This document shows positions 36,637-45,849 of a stretch of DNA of 64,000 nucleotides, in pieces (within the stretch, counting starts at the first letter, position 1; each line of letters starts with the position of its first letter). Position numbers and translations under genes: made by a program. The notes beneath the pieces are model-generated. The model saw only the letters and a program-made list of their open reading frames with translations, did not search any database and was not told where the DNA came from. Origin of the DNA: Bdellovibrionales bacterium (GTDB lineage: Archaea; Nanobdellota; Nanobdellia; Woesearchaeales; UBA583); NCBI GenBank assembly GCA_964217375.1, contig CAXPJQ010000059.1, positions 11,208-75,207 of the forward strand. Direction: 5' to 3'.

Positions 36637-37689
36637 TTAATTTAATTCCTCCAATGTTTTTTTTAACTCTTCTACACTTGGAAGCAACCCTTCAAATTTT
36701 TTAGGGAGACTTTTTGTAGTATTGTAGGTTCCAACACCAATTGGTTTTGAAGAATCTTTAAGAGAATATTCTACAATGGTTCTATTTTTTTCTTTACACA
36801 ATATAATTCCAATAGAAGGATTTTCATGTTTTAATTTAACTTTTTCATTTAGAGCAGATAAATAAAAATTCATTTTTCCTGCAAATTCTGGTTTAAATTC
36901 AGTTATTTTTAATTCAATTGCAACTAAACATTGGAGCTCTCTATGAAACAAAAGTACATCAATAAAATATTCTTGATCTCCTATTTCTAATTTATATTGT
37001 GTTCCAACTAAAGAAAAAAAGCCTCCAAATTCTTGTAAACTTTTTTTAATATGTAAAATTAAAGATTCTTCTAGTTCTCTTTCTGAATGTTCTGCACTAA
37101 GCTCTAAAAAATCAAAAGTATATTCATCTTTTATTGCAAGTTTTGCCTGAGACTTAAGATGATTAGGTAAACTTTTTTCAAAATTTGTTTGATTTGTCAT
37201 ATACTTTTCATAAGATTGGTTTTCAATTTGATGTTTTAAAACATTTTTTGTCCATCCAAATTTTTTTGTCATCTTAATGTAAAACTCTCTTTCTAATTCA
37301 TTTTTACATTTTTCAAAAATTAAAACATTTTTTGTCCAACTAATTTCACGCACCAATGGTGCGAGTTTTTCATTATCAAAATAAGAAGAGTAAAATGCTT
37401 TCATTCTTCTAAGAGTTCCAGCTGAGAAACCTGAAATTCCTGGAAATTCTAATTGTAATTCTTTTGAAAGGTTCTCAACAACAGAATCTCCCCAAGAATA
37501 TTTTTTTTGTTTCTCAACAATAAATTTACCTAAATTCCAATATAAATTAATTAATTCTTTATTTACAGTTTTAAGTGCTTTATATTGAGATTCTAAAATT
37601 AAAGATTTCACCTCAACTACAAAATTTTTAAAATTTTTATCTAAATCTGACATTTTATTCTCCTTTATTTTGTTCATACATCTCTGCAA
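36637..37689 (-). CDS. YhcG/DUF1016-family PD-(D/E)xK nuclease (RecB-like restriction-endonuclease fold); probable start at 'MSDLDKNF', about 37653
   Basis: N-terminal DUF1016 block 'NKELINLYWNLGKFIVEKQKKYSWGDSVVENLSKELQLEFPGISGFSAGTLRRMKAFYSSY'. C-terminal nuclease core 'EYFIDVLLFHRELQCLVAIELKITEFKPEFAGKMNFYLS…IGIILCKEKN', in which D, E and K form the PD-(D/E)xK triad. Confidence 0.6.
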   Translation of the reverse strand: MQRCMNKIKENKMSDLDKNFKNFVVEVKSLILESQYKALKTVNKELINLYWNLGKFIVEKQKKYSWGDSVVENLSKELQLEFPGISGFSAGTLRRMKAFYSSYFDNEKLAPLVREISWTKNVLIFEKCKNELEREFYIKMTKKFGWTKNVLKHQIENQSYEKYMTNQTNFEKSLPNHLKSQAKLAIKDEYTFDFLELSAEHSERELEESLILHIKKSLQEFGGFFSLVGTQYKLEIGDQEYFIDVLLFHRELQCLVAIELKITEFKPEFAGKMNFYLSALNEKVKLKHENPSIGIILCKEKNRTIVEYSLKDSSKPIGVGTYNTTKSLPKKFEGLLPSVEELKKTLEELN

Positions 37690-38686
37690 TTATATGTTCT
37701 AAATTTGGTTCTTGAATTGATAAATCATGAATTTCAATTGATTTTACAACATCTGTTAAAAATTTACCTAAAGAGTTTTTCATAGGAAATTCAAAAATAA
37801 TTGATTTAGGGATTTCACTTTTTCTATTTGGAACTTTTTCTTTTAATTTATTCCACAATTCTTTATCTAAAACTTTTTTATAATGAATTGTAACATCTTT
37901 TGAATTTGCATAAGTTTCTTTGAAATTTTTAACTGAACCCTCATATGCAAGAGTTCCTTTATCAATTACTACAATTCTTTGACATAACTCTTCAATATCA
38001 TCCATGTCATGAGTTGTAATCATAATTGTAACTTCCTCTTCCTTGTTAATTTGTTTTAAAAAATTTCTAATTGAAATTTTAGCTTGTGCATCAAGTCCAA
38101 TTGTTGGTTCATCTAAAAAAACAATTTTTGGTTTATGTAGAAATGAAGCCGCAAGTTCACATCTCATTTTCTCTCCAAGAGATAACATCCGATATGGTGT
38201 TTCAAAAAAAGGTTCAATCCCAAGCATTTCAACTAAATATTTTACTCTTTTTTGATAAAATTCCTCAGATAATCCATAAATTGCTTTAAATAATCTAAAT
38301 GAATCTCTAACTGGGATATCATATGCAAGAATTGATCTTTGTCCAAATACAACTCCAATGTTTTGAGTATATTCATTTCTATTTTCAATTGGATTTAAAT
38401 TCCCCATTACTTTAATTTCTCCTGAAGTTGGATGTAAAATTCCAGTAAGCATTTTAATTGTAGTTGATTTACCTGCACCATTTGGCCCAAGATATCCTAA
38501 AATTTCTCCCTTTTTAACTTCTAAATTAATATCTTCCACAGCTACTTTTTTTTCCCATTCTCTATAAAACCAAGATAACCTTTTTTTAACTGTAGAGAGA
38601 TTTTTTTCCTTTTTAGGAACTTTAAATTCTTTTTTCAAATCCTTAACTTCAATAATATTTTTCATTTTTTTAATTGATAAAAACAT
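37655..38686 (-). CDS. ABC transporter ATP-binding protein (COG4586-like, partner of the DUF990 permeases)
   Basis: Walker A 'GPNGAGKSTTIKMLTG', signature 'LSLGEKMRCELAAS', Walker B 'IVFLDEPTIGLD', and H-loop 'ITTHD'. About 330 aa with a C-terminal extension. Confidence 0.85.
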   Translation of the reverse strand: MFLSIKKMKNIIEVKDLKKEFKVPKKEKNLSTVKKRLSWFYREWEKKVAVEDINLEVKKGEILGYLGPNGAGKSTTIKMLTGILHPTSGEIKVMGNLNPIENRNEYTQNIGVVFGQRSILAYDIPVRDSFRLFKAIYGLSEEFYQKRVKYLVEMLGIEPFFETPYRMLSLGEKMRCELAASFLHKPKIVFLDEPTIGLDAQAKISIRNFLKQINKEEEVTIMITTHDMDDIEELCQRIVVIDKGTLAYEGSVKNFKETYANSKDVTIHYKKVLDKELWNKLKEKVPNRKSEIPKSIIFEFPMKNSLGKFLTDVVKSIEIHDLSIQEPNLEHIIAEMYEQNKGE

Positions 38687-38818
38687 AAATATTTTCTTTA
38701 TAAATTAAAATTATTTTTTTTCTTTAAAATAGTTTGTATTTAATTTTAGATATTAATTAGAAATAATATCCATATTTTGCAAATTAAAACTAAAAAAAAA
38801 TAATTCTGCTTTCATATT

Positions 38819-39601
38819 TTAACCAAAAGCCTCATACTTTTTTAGTCCTTGTCTCCAAATAAATAAGTTAATAACTCCTAATATAAATAAATATGAAATT
38901 AATACTAATATATAGTTATAAAAATAAGTTAAGTTTCCAAGTAAGATTTGATATGTTAAATAACAAACAACTCCTTGAGGTAAAAAAACAAATATTATCT
39001 TAGCAAAATAGATATGATTCTCAAAAGCTGCATATGTAAATCTTTGAGATATCTCCTCAACACTTTTTGACATTAATTTAATTGATGAACTGTCTTTGAT
39101 AAAAAAACCTAAGATTTCTATAGTATTTGAAAAAAATAATGATCCCATAAATCCTATTATCCAAAATAAAAAACTTAGAAAATAATTTTCAAGTGTATAT
39201 AAAAATAAAACTATTACTAGAATAATTAAATATATGAAAAGTACTACTACCTTTCCCTGTTTAAAATTATTTGTTAAATATACAAAATAAGTAGATATAG
39301 GTTTAAATAAATGAATATTTAAATTTCCTTTTAATAATTCCTTACTAAAGTTAGAAAAATAAAAAATATTGTTTAATCTTAATGAAAATTTTGTAAGAAT
39401 ATAAAAAAATATTAAATCATATACGTCCCAGTTTAAAATAAAATCTCCAACTAAATCAATATATACTAAATAAAATATTATTGTAATTCCAAAAGTAAAA
39501 ATTTCTTTTAAAAAAATAGCATAAAAATCAGATTTATATTCTAAAAATGACTTAATTGAAATAATTAATTTCTCATAAAAATATTCAAAATATTTATTCA
39601 T
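38819..39601 (-). CDS. ABC-2/DUF990-like permease paralog (upstream pair, member 1)
   Basis: 'SFLEYKSDFY', 'GNLNIHLFKPISTYF', and C-terminal 'WRQGLKKYEAFG*'. Confidence 0.6.
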   Translation of the reverse strand: MNKYFEYFYEKLIISIKSFLEYKSDFYAIFLKEIFTFGITIIFYLVYIDLVGDFILNWDVYDLIFFYILTKFSLRLNNIFYFSNFSKELLKGNLNIHLFKPISTYFVYLTNNFKQGKVVVLFIYLIILVIVLFLYTLENYFLSFLFWIIGFMGSLFFSNTIEILGFFIKDSSSIKLMSKSVEEISQRFTYAAFENHIYFAKIIFVFLPQGVVCYLTYQILLGNLTYFYNYILVLISYLFILGVINLFIWRQGLKKYEAFG

Positions 39602-39604
39602 ATT

Positions 39605-40381
39605 TTAACCAAAAGCCTCATACTTTTTCAAGCCAATTTTCCATAAAATATAATTTCCAAATATAAAAATTAAAAATGAAATAATAATAAATATAAAATA
39701 CTTAGAAAGATAATCAAATCTATTATTAACTAATTCAATAAAATAAAAACCAAATAAAGCAGTAGGCAAGTAAAATAAAAAATTTAATTTAGTACCCTCA
39801 AATACCTTTGGAGTAAATCTATCATTTAGGTATGCAACATCTTTGCTAATTCTTATGATAAAATTATTTTGTTTTATAAAAAAAGCTAATGACTCAAAAA
39901 AATCTGTATATACTATGTAATATATTAAACTAAAAAACAACAACAAAATTCCCTGAAATATATTTTGATAAGGTCCATAAAGGTATAATATAATTAAAAA
40001 AAATAAAAAAATAAAAGTTGTAAAAATTGCTCCATCCTTTGCTCTCGAAGACATTCCAATAAAAGGATTAATTGGTTTAGATTTCCAGATATTTAAATCT
40101 CCTAAAAGTAATTGTTTATTTAAACTCCTTAAAATAAAAAAATATGTTCCTTTACTTATCATTTGAATAGTTACATATAGTAAAATAAAGTCTAAATAAG
40201 TCCAACTTAAAAAATTAAGAGATAAGGATTGAATAATTGAATAAAAAAATAGATATACAATAGTCAAAGAAATATCAAAATAAACAATACTCCAAAAATT
40301 AATAGGATATTCTTTAATTTGTTTAAATGCTTGAAAATATATCTCTTTCATAAAATTAAAGTGATTTTTTACAATGTTCAT
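39605..40381 (-). CDS. ABC-2/DUF990-like permease paralog (upstream pair, member 2)
   Basis: 'IKEYPINFW', 'GDLNIWKSKPINPFIGM', and C-terminal 'WKIGLKKYEAFG*'. Its N-terminal third is near-identical to that of paralog 5. Confidence 0.6.
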   Translation of the reverse strand: MNIVKNHFNFMKEIYFQAFKQIKEYPINFWSIVYFDISLTIVYLFFYSIIQSLSLNFLSWTYLDFILLYVTIQMISKGTYFFILRSLNKQLLLGDLNIWKSKPINPFIGMSSRAKDGAIFTTFIFLFFLIILYLYGPYQNIFQGILLLFFSLIYYIVYTDFFESLAFFIKQNNFIIRISKDVAYLNDRFTPKVFEGTKLNFLFYLPTALFGFYFIELVNNRFDYLSKYFIFIIISFLIFIFGNYILWKIGLKKYEAFG

Positions 40382-42117
40382 TTTTGCATATTTAACATAT
40401 TATAAAATTTAGACTTTTTATCTTTTATTAATTCTTTGTAGTTACCTTGTTCAATTATTTTTCCTTGTTCAAATACAAAAATTCTATCTACATTTTTTAA
40501 TGTGGATAATCTATGTGCAATAATTAAAATTGTTTTATTTTTAATTAAGTCAATTCCTTTTTGAATTTTCATTTCAGTTTTAGAATCAAGAGCTGAAGTT
40601 GCCTCATCTAGAATTAAGATCTCTGAATTTTTACAAATTGCTCTTGCAATTCCAACTCTTTGTCTTTGCCCTCCAGATAATTTATATCCTTTCTCACCAA
40701 TAATTGTATCAAGTCCATTTGGTAATTCTTTAATTACCTCATTAAGTTGAGATATTTCAATTGCTTTTCTCAAAGTTTTGGAATCTATCTCCTTAAACAT
40801 TGTAATATTTTCTTTGAGAGTTACATTTAACATCTCAGTTTCTTGCATAACTTGAGATAAATTATCTAAAAGAGATTGATGTGAAAAATCATAGTAATTA
40901 GTATGATCTACTTTTATTTCTCCTTCATTTATTTGATAAAGTCCTAAAAATAATTTTGAAAGAGTTGATTTTCCTGAACCTGAATGTCCAACAATTCCAA
41001 TTTTTTCATGTTTTTTAATTTTAAATGAAATGTTATCTAAATTATTTTTTTTATTATCATAAGAGAAAGATACATTATTGAAAGAAATTGTTTTCCAATC
41101 TTTTTTAAATTCTTCTTCTCCAAAATACTTTTCTTCTTTAGTTTCAAAAATAGGTATGATTCTATTCATTGCAGATCTAATTGATATAAGATCATTAAGT
41201 ATTGAATTTGATCTCCAAAATGATGCTGTAATTTGATTAAAATATACAAATGAAGTAGCAATAAATCCAACTTCAACTAGTTCATTTGATACAAAGTGTC
41301 CTAGTAATAATAAGAAAAAAAATAAACCAAAAGCGATTAAGTAATTCACATGTTTTGTTCTAGTGTTTCCGATTTTAATTGCTCTGAACTGAACTTCTTT
41401 GAAAGTAATTTCTCCTTTTTTCATAGATGATTTCAAAGATTGAGAAGAACCACTAGATTTTATGGATAAGATATTGTTTGCTCCTTCATTAAGAGACCCT
41501 GAAACTTTTTCTAATACTTTATTTTTCTCTTCTTCTATATCAGCTTGCTTTTTTAAAAAAGATTTCATAATTAAAATAAAAACTCCAACATAGACTATAA
41601 AAAATAATAAAAAATACAAATCTAAAAATAAAAAAATAATAATAACTCCTGAAAAAGTTAATATTAACCCAAGAGCATCTTGATTAAATACATTAATTAA
41701 CTGTCTATAACTACTAGATCCATTGTTTACTTTTTGAAGTTTTGAACCTGAACCATCTTTTTCGTGCCATTTTAATGAAAAATTTAAAAGTTTTTCAAAA
41801 GCAAAATTTCTTGCTTTAAAAGTTGTATTAACACCAATCTCCTTTAGTTTTCTTTTTGCAACCATTCTCACTTGAGAAGTTAATAATCCTGAAAAGAGAA
41901 TTATTCCTGTGTATATGTAAAATAAATTTAATGAATCTCCTTTATTATATTCTGTAAAAAAATTAATTATCAACCCAATAATATATGGGATAATTAGTGT
42001 ATTGGAATGAGATAAAAAATTAAGACTCATATAAAATGAAAACTTTAATCTCTCACCCTCTAAAAAGTGCCATAATGACTTAAACATATGTGTCCATGTA
42101 ATTATTTCTTTGTTCAT
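40378..42117 (-). CDS. fused TMD-NBD ABC exporter (MsbA/multidrug-exporter type)
   Basis: Six predicted TM helices, then Walker A 'GHSGSGKSTLSKLF', signature 'LSGGQRQRVGIARA', Walker B 'ILILDEATSALD', and H-loop 'IIAHRLS'. A 4-nt ATGA overlap joins it to the neighbouring genes on both sides. Confidence 0.85.
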   Translation of the reverse strand: MNKEIITWTHMFKSLWHFLEGERLKFSFYMSLNFLSHSNTLIIPYIIGLIINFFTEYNKGDSLNLFYIYTGIILFSGLLTSQVRMVAKRKLKEIGVNTTFKARNFAFEKLLNFSLKWHEKDGSGSKLQKVNNGSSSYRQLINVFNQDALGLILTFSGVIIIFLFLDLYFLLFFIVYVGVFILIMKSFLKKQADIEEEKNKVLEKVSGSLNEGANNILSIKSSGSSQSLKSSMKKGEITFKEVQFRAIKIGNTRTKHVNYLIAFGLFFFLLLLGHFVSNELVEVGFIATSFVYFNQITASFWRSNSILNDLISIRSAMNRIIPIFETKEEKYFGEEEFKKDWKTISFNNVSFSYDNKKNNLDNISFKIKKHEKIGIVGHSGSGKSTLSKLFLGLYQINEGEIKVDHTNYYDFSHQSLLDNLSQVMQETEMLNVTLKENITMFKEIDSKTLRKAIEISQLNEVIKELPNGLDTIIGEKGYKLSGGQRQRVGIARAICKNSEILILDEATSALDSKTEMKIQKGIDLIKNKTILIIAHRLSTLKNVDRIFVFEQGKIIEQGNYKELIKDKKSKFYNMLNMQK

Positions 42118-43073
42118 TTTAGTATGTTATGAATTTCTTCTAATTTATTTAAGCAATTATTTCTCATGGTATCTTTTCTTTTTATTGTCTGAGGCTCATC
42201 TAAGTTCCTCCATTTATGAGACTTTAATTTGGATAGTCTACTTAAATTTTTCATCCATGTATAAAAATAATATAATCTCTCCCAATTTTCAGGCAATTCA
42301 TTATATTTTGAATATCCTTTTACAATTGAAGTTTTGTACTTAAATTTTTCATCACCAAAATCAAATCCAGAAAAAAGGTCTTCTATTGTCCCACTAACTC
42401 TTGCGAATTCGAAATCTATGATACCATGAATTAGGTTATTTTTTATTATAAGGTTTGTGTTTGATGCATCTCCATGACATAATCTAGGTTCTGATTCTAA
42501 AGAAAGTAAGTGCTTATGTTTTTGATAAAATTGAGATTCTGTTTCAATTTGTTCTTCTGAGATAATATTATCTTCTTTTAATCTTTCAAACATTTTATTA
42601 ATTTCATTTTCTTTTTTTTCTTGCCATGATTCATATGAATGTCTTTGTTCTAGTTTATAATTTAATTCAGAATATTTTTCATATTTAAAAGAATGAAACA
42701 TTCCATAAATCTCACCATATTGTTCAAATAATTTCTCTTTATTTGTTATTTTATTGTAAACCTTCTTTAATGATTTTCCTTCAATTTTTTCTAAAATAAT
42801 AAATGAATAATTTACTTCTTTTTTTGAATAATTATCATAAATAATATCTGCAATTGGAAAGTTTGGATATTTATTTTGAAGTAATTCTTTTAGGGCTTTT
42901 TGTTTTAATGCTAATTTTTTATCTTCGAGTAATTTTATTTTCTTGAAAACTATACCTTTGTTTTCTAGCTTGATATCATAAGCTACATTATTATATCCCT
43001 CTTCAAATTCTTTTATTTCTAAGATTTTTTCATTAGGAAAAATTTTAGTTAGTAATTGTTTTATTTCTTTCAT
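42114..43073 (-). CDS. aminoglycoside-phosphotransferase (APH)/choline-kinase-family small-molecule kinase
   Basis: Brenner motif 'LCHGDASNTNLII' and the downstream 'IIDFEFARVSG', which is the DFG equivalent. 319 aa. Confidence 0.65.
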   Translation of the reverse strand: MKEIKQLLTKIFPNEKILEIKEFEEGYNNVAYDIKLENKGIVFKKIKLLEDKKLALKQKALKELLQNKYPNFPIADIIYDNYSKKEVNYSFIILEKIEGKSLKKVYNKITNKEKLFEQYGEIYGMFHSFKYEKYSELNYKLEQRHSYESWQEKKENEINKMFERLKEDNIISEEQIETESQFYQKHKHLLSLESEPRLCHGDASNTNLIIKNNLIHGIIDFEFARVSGTIEDLFSGFDFGDEKFKYKTSIVKGYSKYNELPENWERLYYFYTWMKNLSRLSKLKSHKWRNLDEPQTIKRKDTMRNNCLNKLEEIHNILK

Positions 43074-43480
43074 TTTAATTGTTTAATTAATTCTATTTCA
43101 TTTAATGAATTAGTTTTATTTGTCTTTTGATAATTTAGTTTCTCATAAAACATTATTGCTTTTTTATTATCTTCTTCTACATATAATTTTATTTGAAAGA
43201 AATTTTTAATTTTTATTTCATTTTCTAAGAATTTGATTAAATTTGAACCAAAACCCTTTGATCTCAAATTCTCATCAATATATATATCTTCAAGAATTGG
43301 AATTTTTTTCCACAAAATTCTACCATGTCCAATTGGGTTATCATTGTCCCATATAATATAAAATAAACTTTCTTTTTTCTTTTGAGACTCTAATCTCTTT
43401 TCAAAAGGTTCTCTTACACTCCATTTTTTTTCTATAATATCTAGATCTGATTCTTGAAGATTTTTTATTTGGATATTCAT
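43070..43480 (-). CDS. GNAT-family N-acetyltransferase
   Basis: 136 aa. Motif A region 'ENLRSKGFGSNLIKFLENE' (R/Q-x-x-G-x-G/A). Confidence 0.6.
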   Translation of the reverse strand: MNIQIKNLQESDLDIIEKKWSVREPFEKRLESQKKKESLFYIIWDNDNPIGHGRILWKKIPILEDIYIDENLRSKGFGSNLIKFLENEIKIKNFFQIKLYVEEDNKKAIMFYEKLNYQKTNKTNSLNEIELIKQLK

Positions 43481-44094
43481 TCTATAATTAACACCTCTCC
43501 ATCTCTTAGAGTTCTATATGGAATATTATTTTCAATACAATATTGAACTTCTTTTTCAATATCTTCTGATTCAGGGTGATCCGAATCAAAGTGAGGTAGA
43601 ATCATATAATCTAAAATACCTAATCCTTCCCAAATTGTTTCTTTTATTTCCTTATATGGAAAATCATAAGGATCATCTACAATTTGTAATGACTTCATAT
43701 CTTTATACAAAATACAAAGAGCTGCACTAAATCCTGCATATAAAAAATCATTATTTAAATTTGTTTGTATATATCTATCAAATCCCGATAATTTCATTGC
43801 TTGTCTTAGAACAAAAGTATTTCCTCCATTAATCCAAATAGCTTTTACTTCATCTAATTTTTTAAATAATTCTTTTGATTTACCAAAGTAATCTCTTAAA
43901 TCTAATACTTCAGGTTCAAGCCCTAATTGTTTTAAACTATTAATTTGATTTGACATATTAATTTTTTTTCTTTCTAAATCCTTAGCTGTAAAATCCATTG
44001 CATTTGGAATATAGAAAATTTTTTTATTTGGAATCATTTCTTTTAATTTGTTTCCTTGATTTCCTATTTTATATGATGATAAATAAAATTTCAT
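43477..44094 (-). CDS. peptidase S51 (dipeptidase E/cyanophycinase-like) family protein
   Basis: 'AIWINGGNTFVLRQAM' matches the GGNTF nucleophile-elbow region of S51 peptidases. Size is about 205 aa. Confidence 0.5.
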   Translation of the reverse strand: MKFYLSSYKIGNQGNKLKEMIPNKKIFYIPNAMDFTAKDLERKKINMSNQINSLKQLGLEPEVLDLRDYFGKSKELFKKLDEVKAIWINGGNTFVLRQAMKLSGFDRYIQTNLNNDFLYAGFSAALCILYKDMKSLQIVDDPYDFPYKEIKETIWEGLGILDYMILPHFDSDHPESEDIEKEVQYCIENNIPYRTLRDGEVLIIE

Positions 44095-44624
44095 TTTTCT
44101 AAGTCCTCTCTAAGAAAATCATATTCTAGACAATCATACCAATTCCCCTTATCATCATGCCATGCTTTTCTAAATTGCCCCGCTTTTAGAAATCCAGCCT
44201 TTGAAAAGAGATTTTGCATTGCTACATTATCTTCTCTTGTTGAGCCTTCAATTCTTCTCACTTTTGGATAGTTTTTGAAAATATAGTTAATCATAAAACT
44301 GATTATTTCTAATCCATATCCTTTTCCTCTTTTTTTTGAGTTGATTCTAATGTCAAATTTAGGTGCTTCAGTTTCATCATTAATTAGATCATCTAATTTT
44401 AAGAATGCACAAATTTTTTCTTTCTCATAAATCAAAAAAGTAACTTGTTTTCTATTTGTGTAATAAGTTCCTTTGAGTCTCTCTTCGAGTTCTTTTCTTG
44501 TAAGTTTTGACGAACCGTGATATTTCCATTCTTCTGAGAGTAAAAATTGAATAAGATCTTCTGACAATTTCCTTGTAAATTTTTTATATATTAATTTCAT
44601 TTTTCTAGTTTCATTTGCATCCAA
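44091..44624 (-). CDS. GNAT-family N-acetyltransferase
   Basis: 'RINSKKRGKGYGLEIISFMINY' is motif A. 177 aa. Confidence 0.6.
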   Translation of the reverse strand: MDANETRKMKLIYKKFTRKLSEDLIQFLLSEEWKYHGSSKLTRKELEERLKGTYYTNRKQVTFLIYEKEKICAFLKLDDLINDETEAPKFDIRINSKKRGKGYGLEIISFMINYIFKNYPKVRRIEGSTREDNVAMQNLFSKAGFLKAGQFRKAWHDDKGNWYDCLEYDFLREDLEK

Positions 44625-45055
44625 TATGCTACAGTTTTAAATCCTAAATTTTGATATAATTCTAAATTACTCTCAAATGAATTTAATTCAACTTGATCAC
44701 ATCTCCCTTCTTTAGCAATTTGTTTTGCTTTTTCAATTAATTTTTTTGCATAACCTTTTTTTCTTTCATTTTTATTTACATATAGTTTTCCTATGATAAA
44801 TTTTTTCTTACCACTTTTTCCTTCTCTTATTGAATAGGTAAGATATCCAATTTGATTTTCAAGTATAATTGTATTACTTTTTGCTTTATCTAAAGAAAGA
44901 ATTTCTTCTTTAAACTTTTCTAAGCCAAATTTATTTGGTTTAAAGTCAGGATTACTTGAAAACATATCTTCAAATGTTGATAAAATATAATTCAAATCTT
45001 TTTCTTTATTGAAGTTTCTTATGTTCATTTTTCTGTTGGTGTTTTTATCCTCCAT
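44597..45055 (-). CDS. GNAT-family N-acetyltransferase (paralog of 49690..50133)
   Basis: 'VNKNERKKGYAKKLIEKAKQIAKE' is motif A. The N-terminus 'STFEDMFSSN' and C-terminus 'ELYQNLGFKTVAYWMQMKL' parallel those of the 49690..50133 protein. Confidence 0.6.
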   Translation of the reverse strand: MEDKNTNRKMNIRNFNKEKDLNYILSTFEDMFSSNPDFKPNKFGLEKFKEEILSLDKAKSNTIILENQIGYLTYSIREGKSGKKKFIIGKLYVNKNERKKGYAKKLIEKAKQIAKEGRCDQVELNSFESNLELYQNLGFKTVAYWMQMKLEK

Positions 45056-45792
45056 CCATCTACTTCAAGACCTCCCATGTTATCTAAAACATATTTTGAA
45101 ATTTTCTTTGAATATAGATACATTTTTTCTGTATCTGTTTCCTCGATTGCTTTAATGAATAAAGTTACAAATTTTTTGTCTGGAAATTCTGGTAAGTTAT
45201 ATTTTTTTTGATCTTTTTTTTCTTTTAAGAGTCTTCTAACTTTATTAATTGATACATTATGCCATCCTAAGAACTTAGAATATGTTTGAAATGTTTTATA
45301 CAATACATTATGATACACAAATGTAAAATCATTTTTTCCTCTTTTATATACTTCTTCTAAATTATCTTGTTCATCCCAAAGAAGATATTTTGAAATTTCA
45401 TTCTCTGTTTTACTTGGTTTTTTGAAGGTTTTATTCATATACTTTTTTGATAAATTTACTAATTCTTTTACTGAATTATTTTTATCAAAAATAATTTTTC
45501 CAGTTGTAAACATATGTGCTTCTGTTGATCTATTATTCTTGTAATTTCCTTCTAAATATTTTTCAATTTGGTGTGGGGGATTAACAAAATATTCAATCAA
45601 AAATCCATCTACAACTTCATTTCCTCTGAGTCTCCAAGTACAAGAATTATCTAAAATAATATGCAAATCAATGTCTGAGTTTTCAGTAGGTCTTCCAGTT
45701 ACATAACTTCCACAAACTAATGCTCCTTGGACTTCTTTTTTGTTCTCCCAATTTTTGAGAAATTTTCGTGTAGCTCTTTCCCAGTCTTTCAT
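45025..45792 (-). CDS. nucleotidyltransferase-fold protein (ANT/KNTase/Lnu-like minimal NTase)
   Basis: 'GALVCGSYVTGRPTENSDIDLHIIL' follows the GS…D-x-D pattern. The 255-aa size is similar to ANT(4'). Confidence 0.6.
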   Translation of the reverse strand: MKDWERATRKFLKNWENKKEVQGALVCGSYVTGRPTENSDIDLHIILDNSCTWRLRGNEVVDGFLIEYFVNPPHQIEKYLEGNYKNNRSTEAHMFTTGKIIFDKNNSVKELVNLSKKYMNKTFKKPSKTENEISKYLLWDEQDNLEEVYKRGKNDFTFVYHNVLYKTFQTYSKFLGWHNVSINKVRRLLKEKKDQKKYNLPEFPDKKFVTLFIKAIEETDTEKMYLYSKKISKYVLDNMGGLEVDGWRIKTPTEK

Positions 45793-45849
45793 TTTCTTCT
45801 TATTCCTAATTAAAATCTTTTAAAAAGATTATTCACTTATATAGTACAA

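Noticed and set aside
30180-40381. Regularly spaced ~35-50 bp repeats every ~800 bp, which could be mistaken for a CRISPR-like array
   Set aside because: The spacing is gene-length. The repeats are the coding 3' ends of paralogous genes, and the 'spacers' are full ORFs. No CRISPR-like short regular unit is present anywhere in the window.
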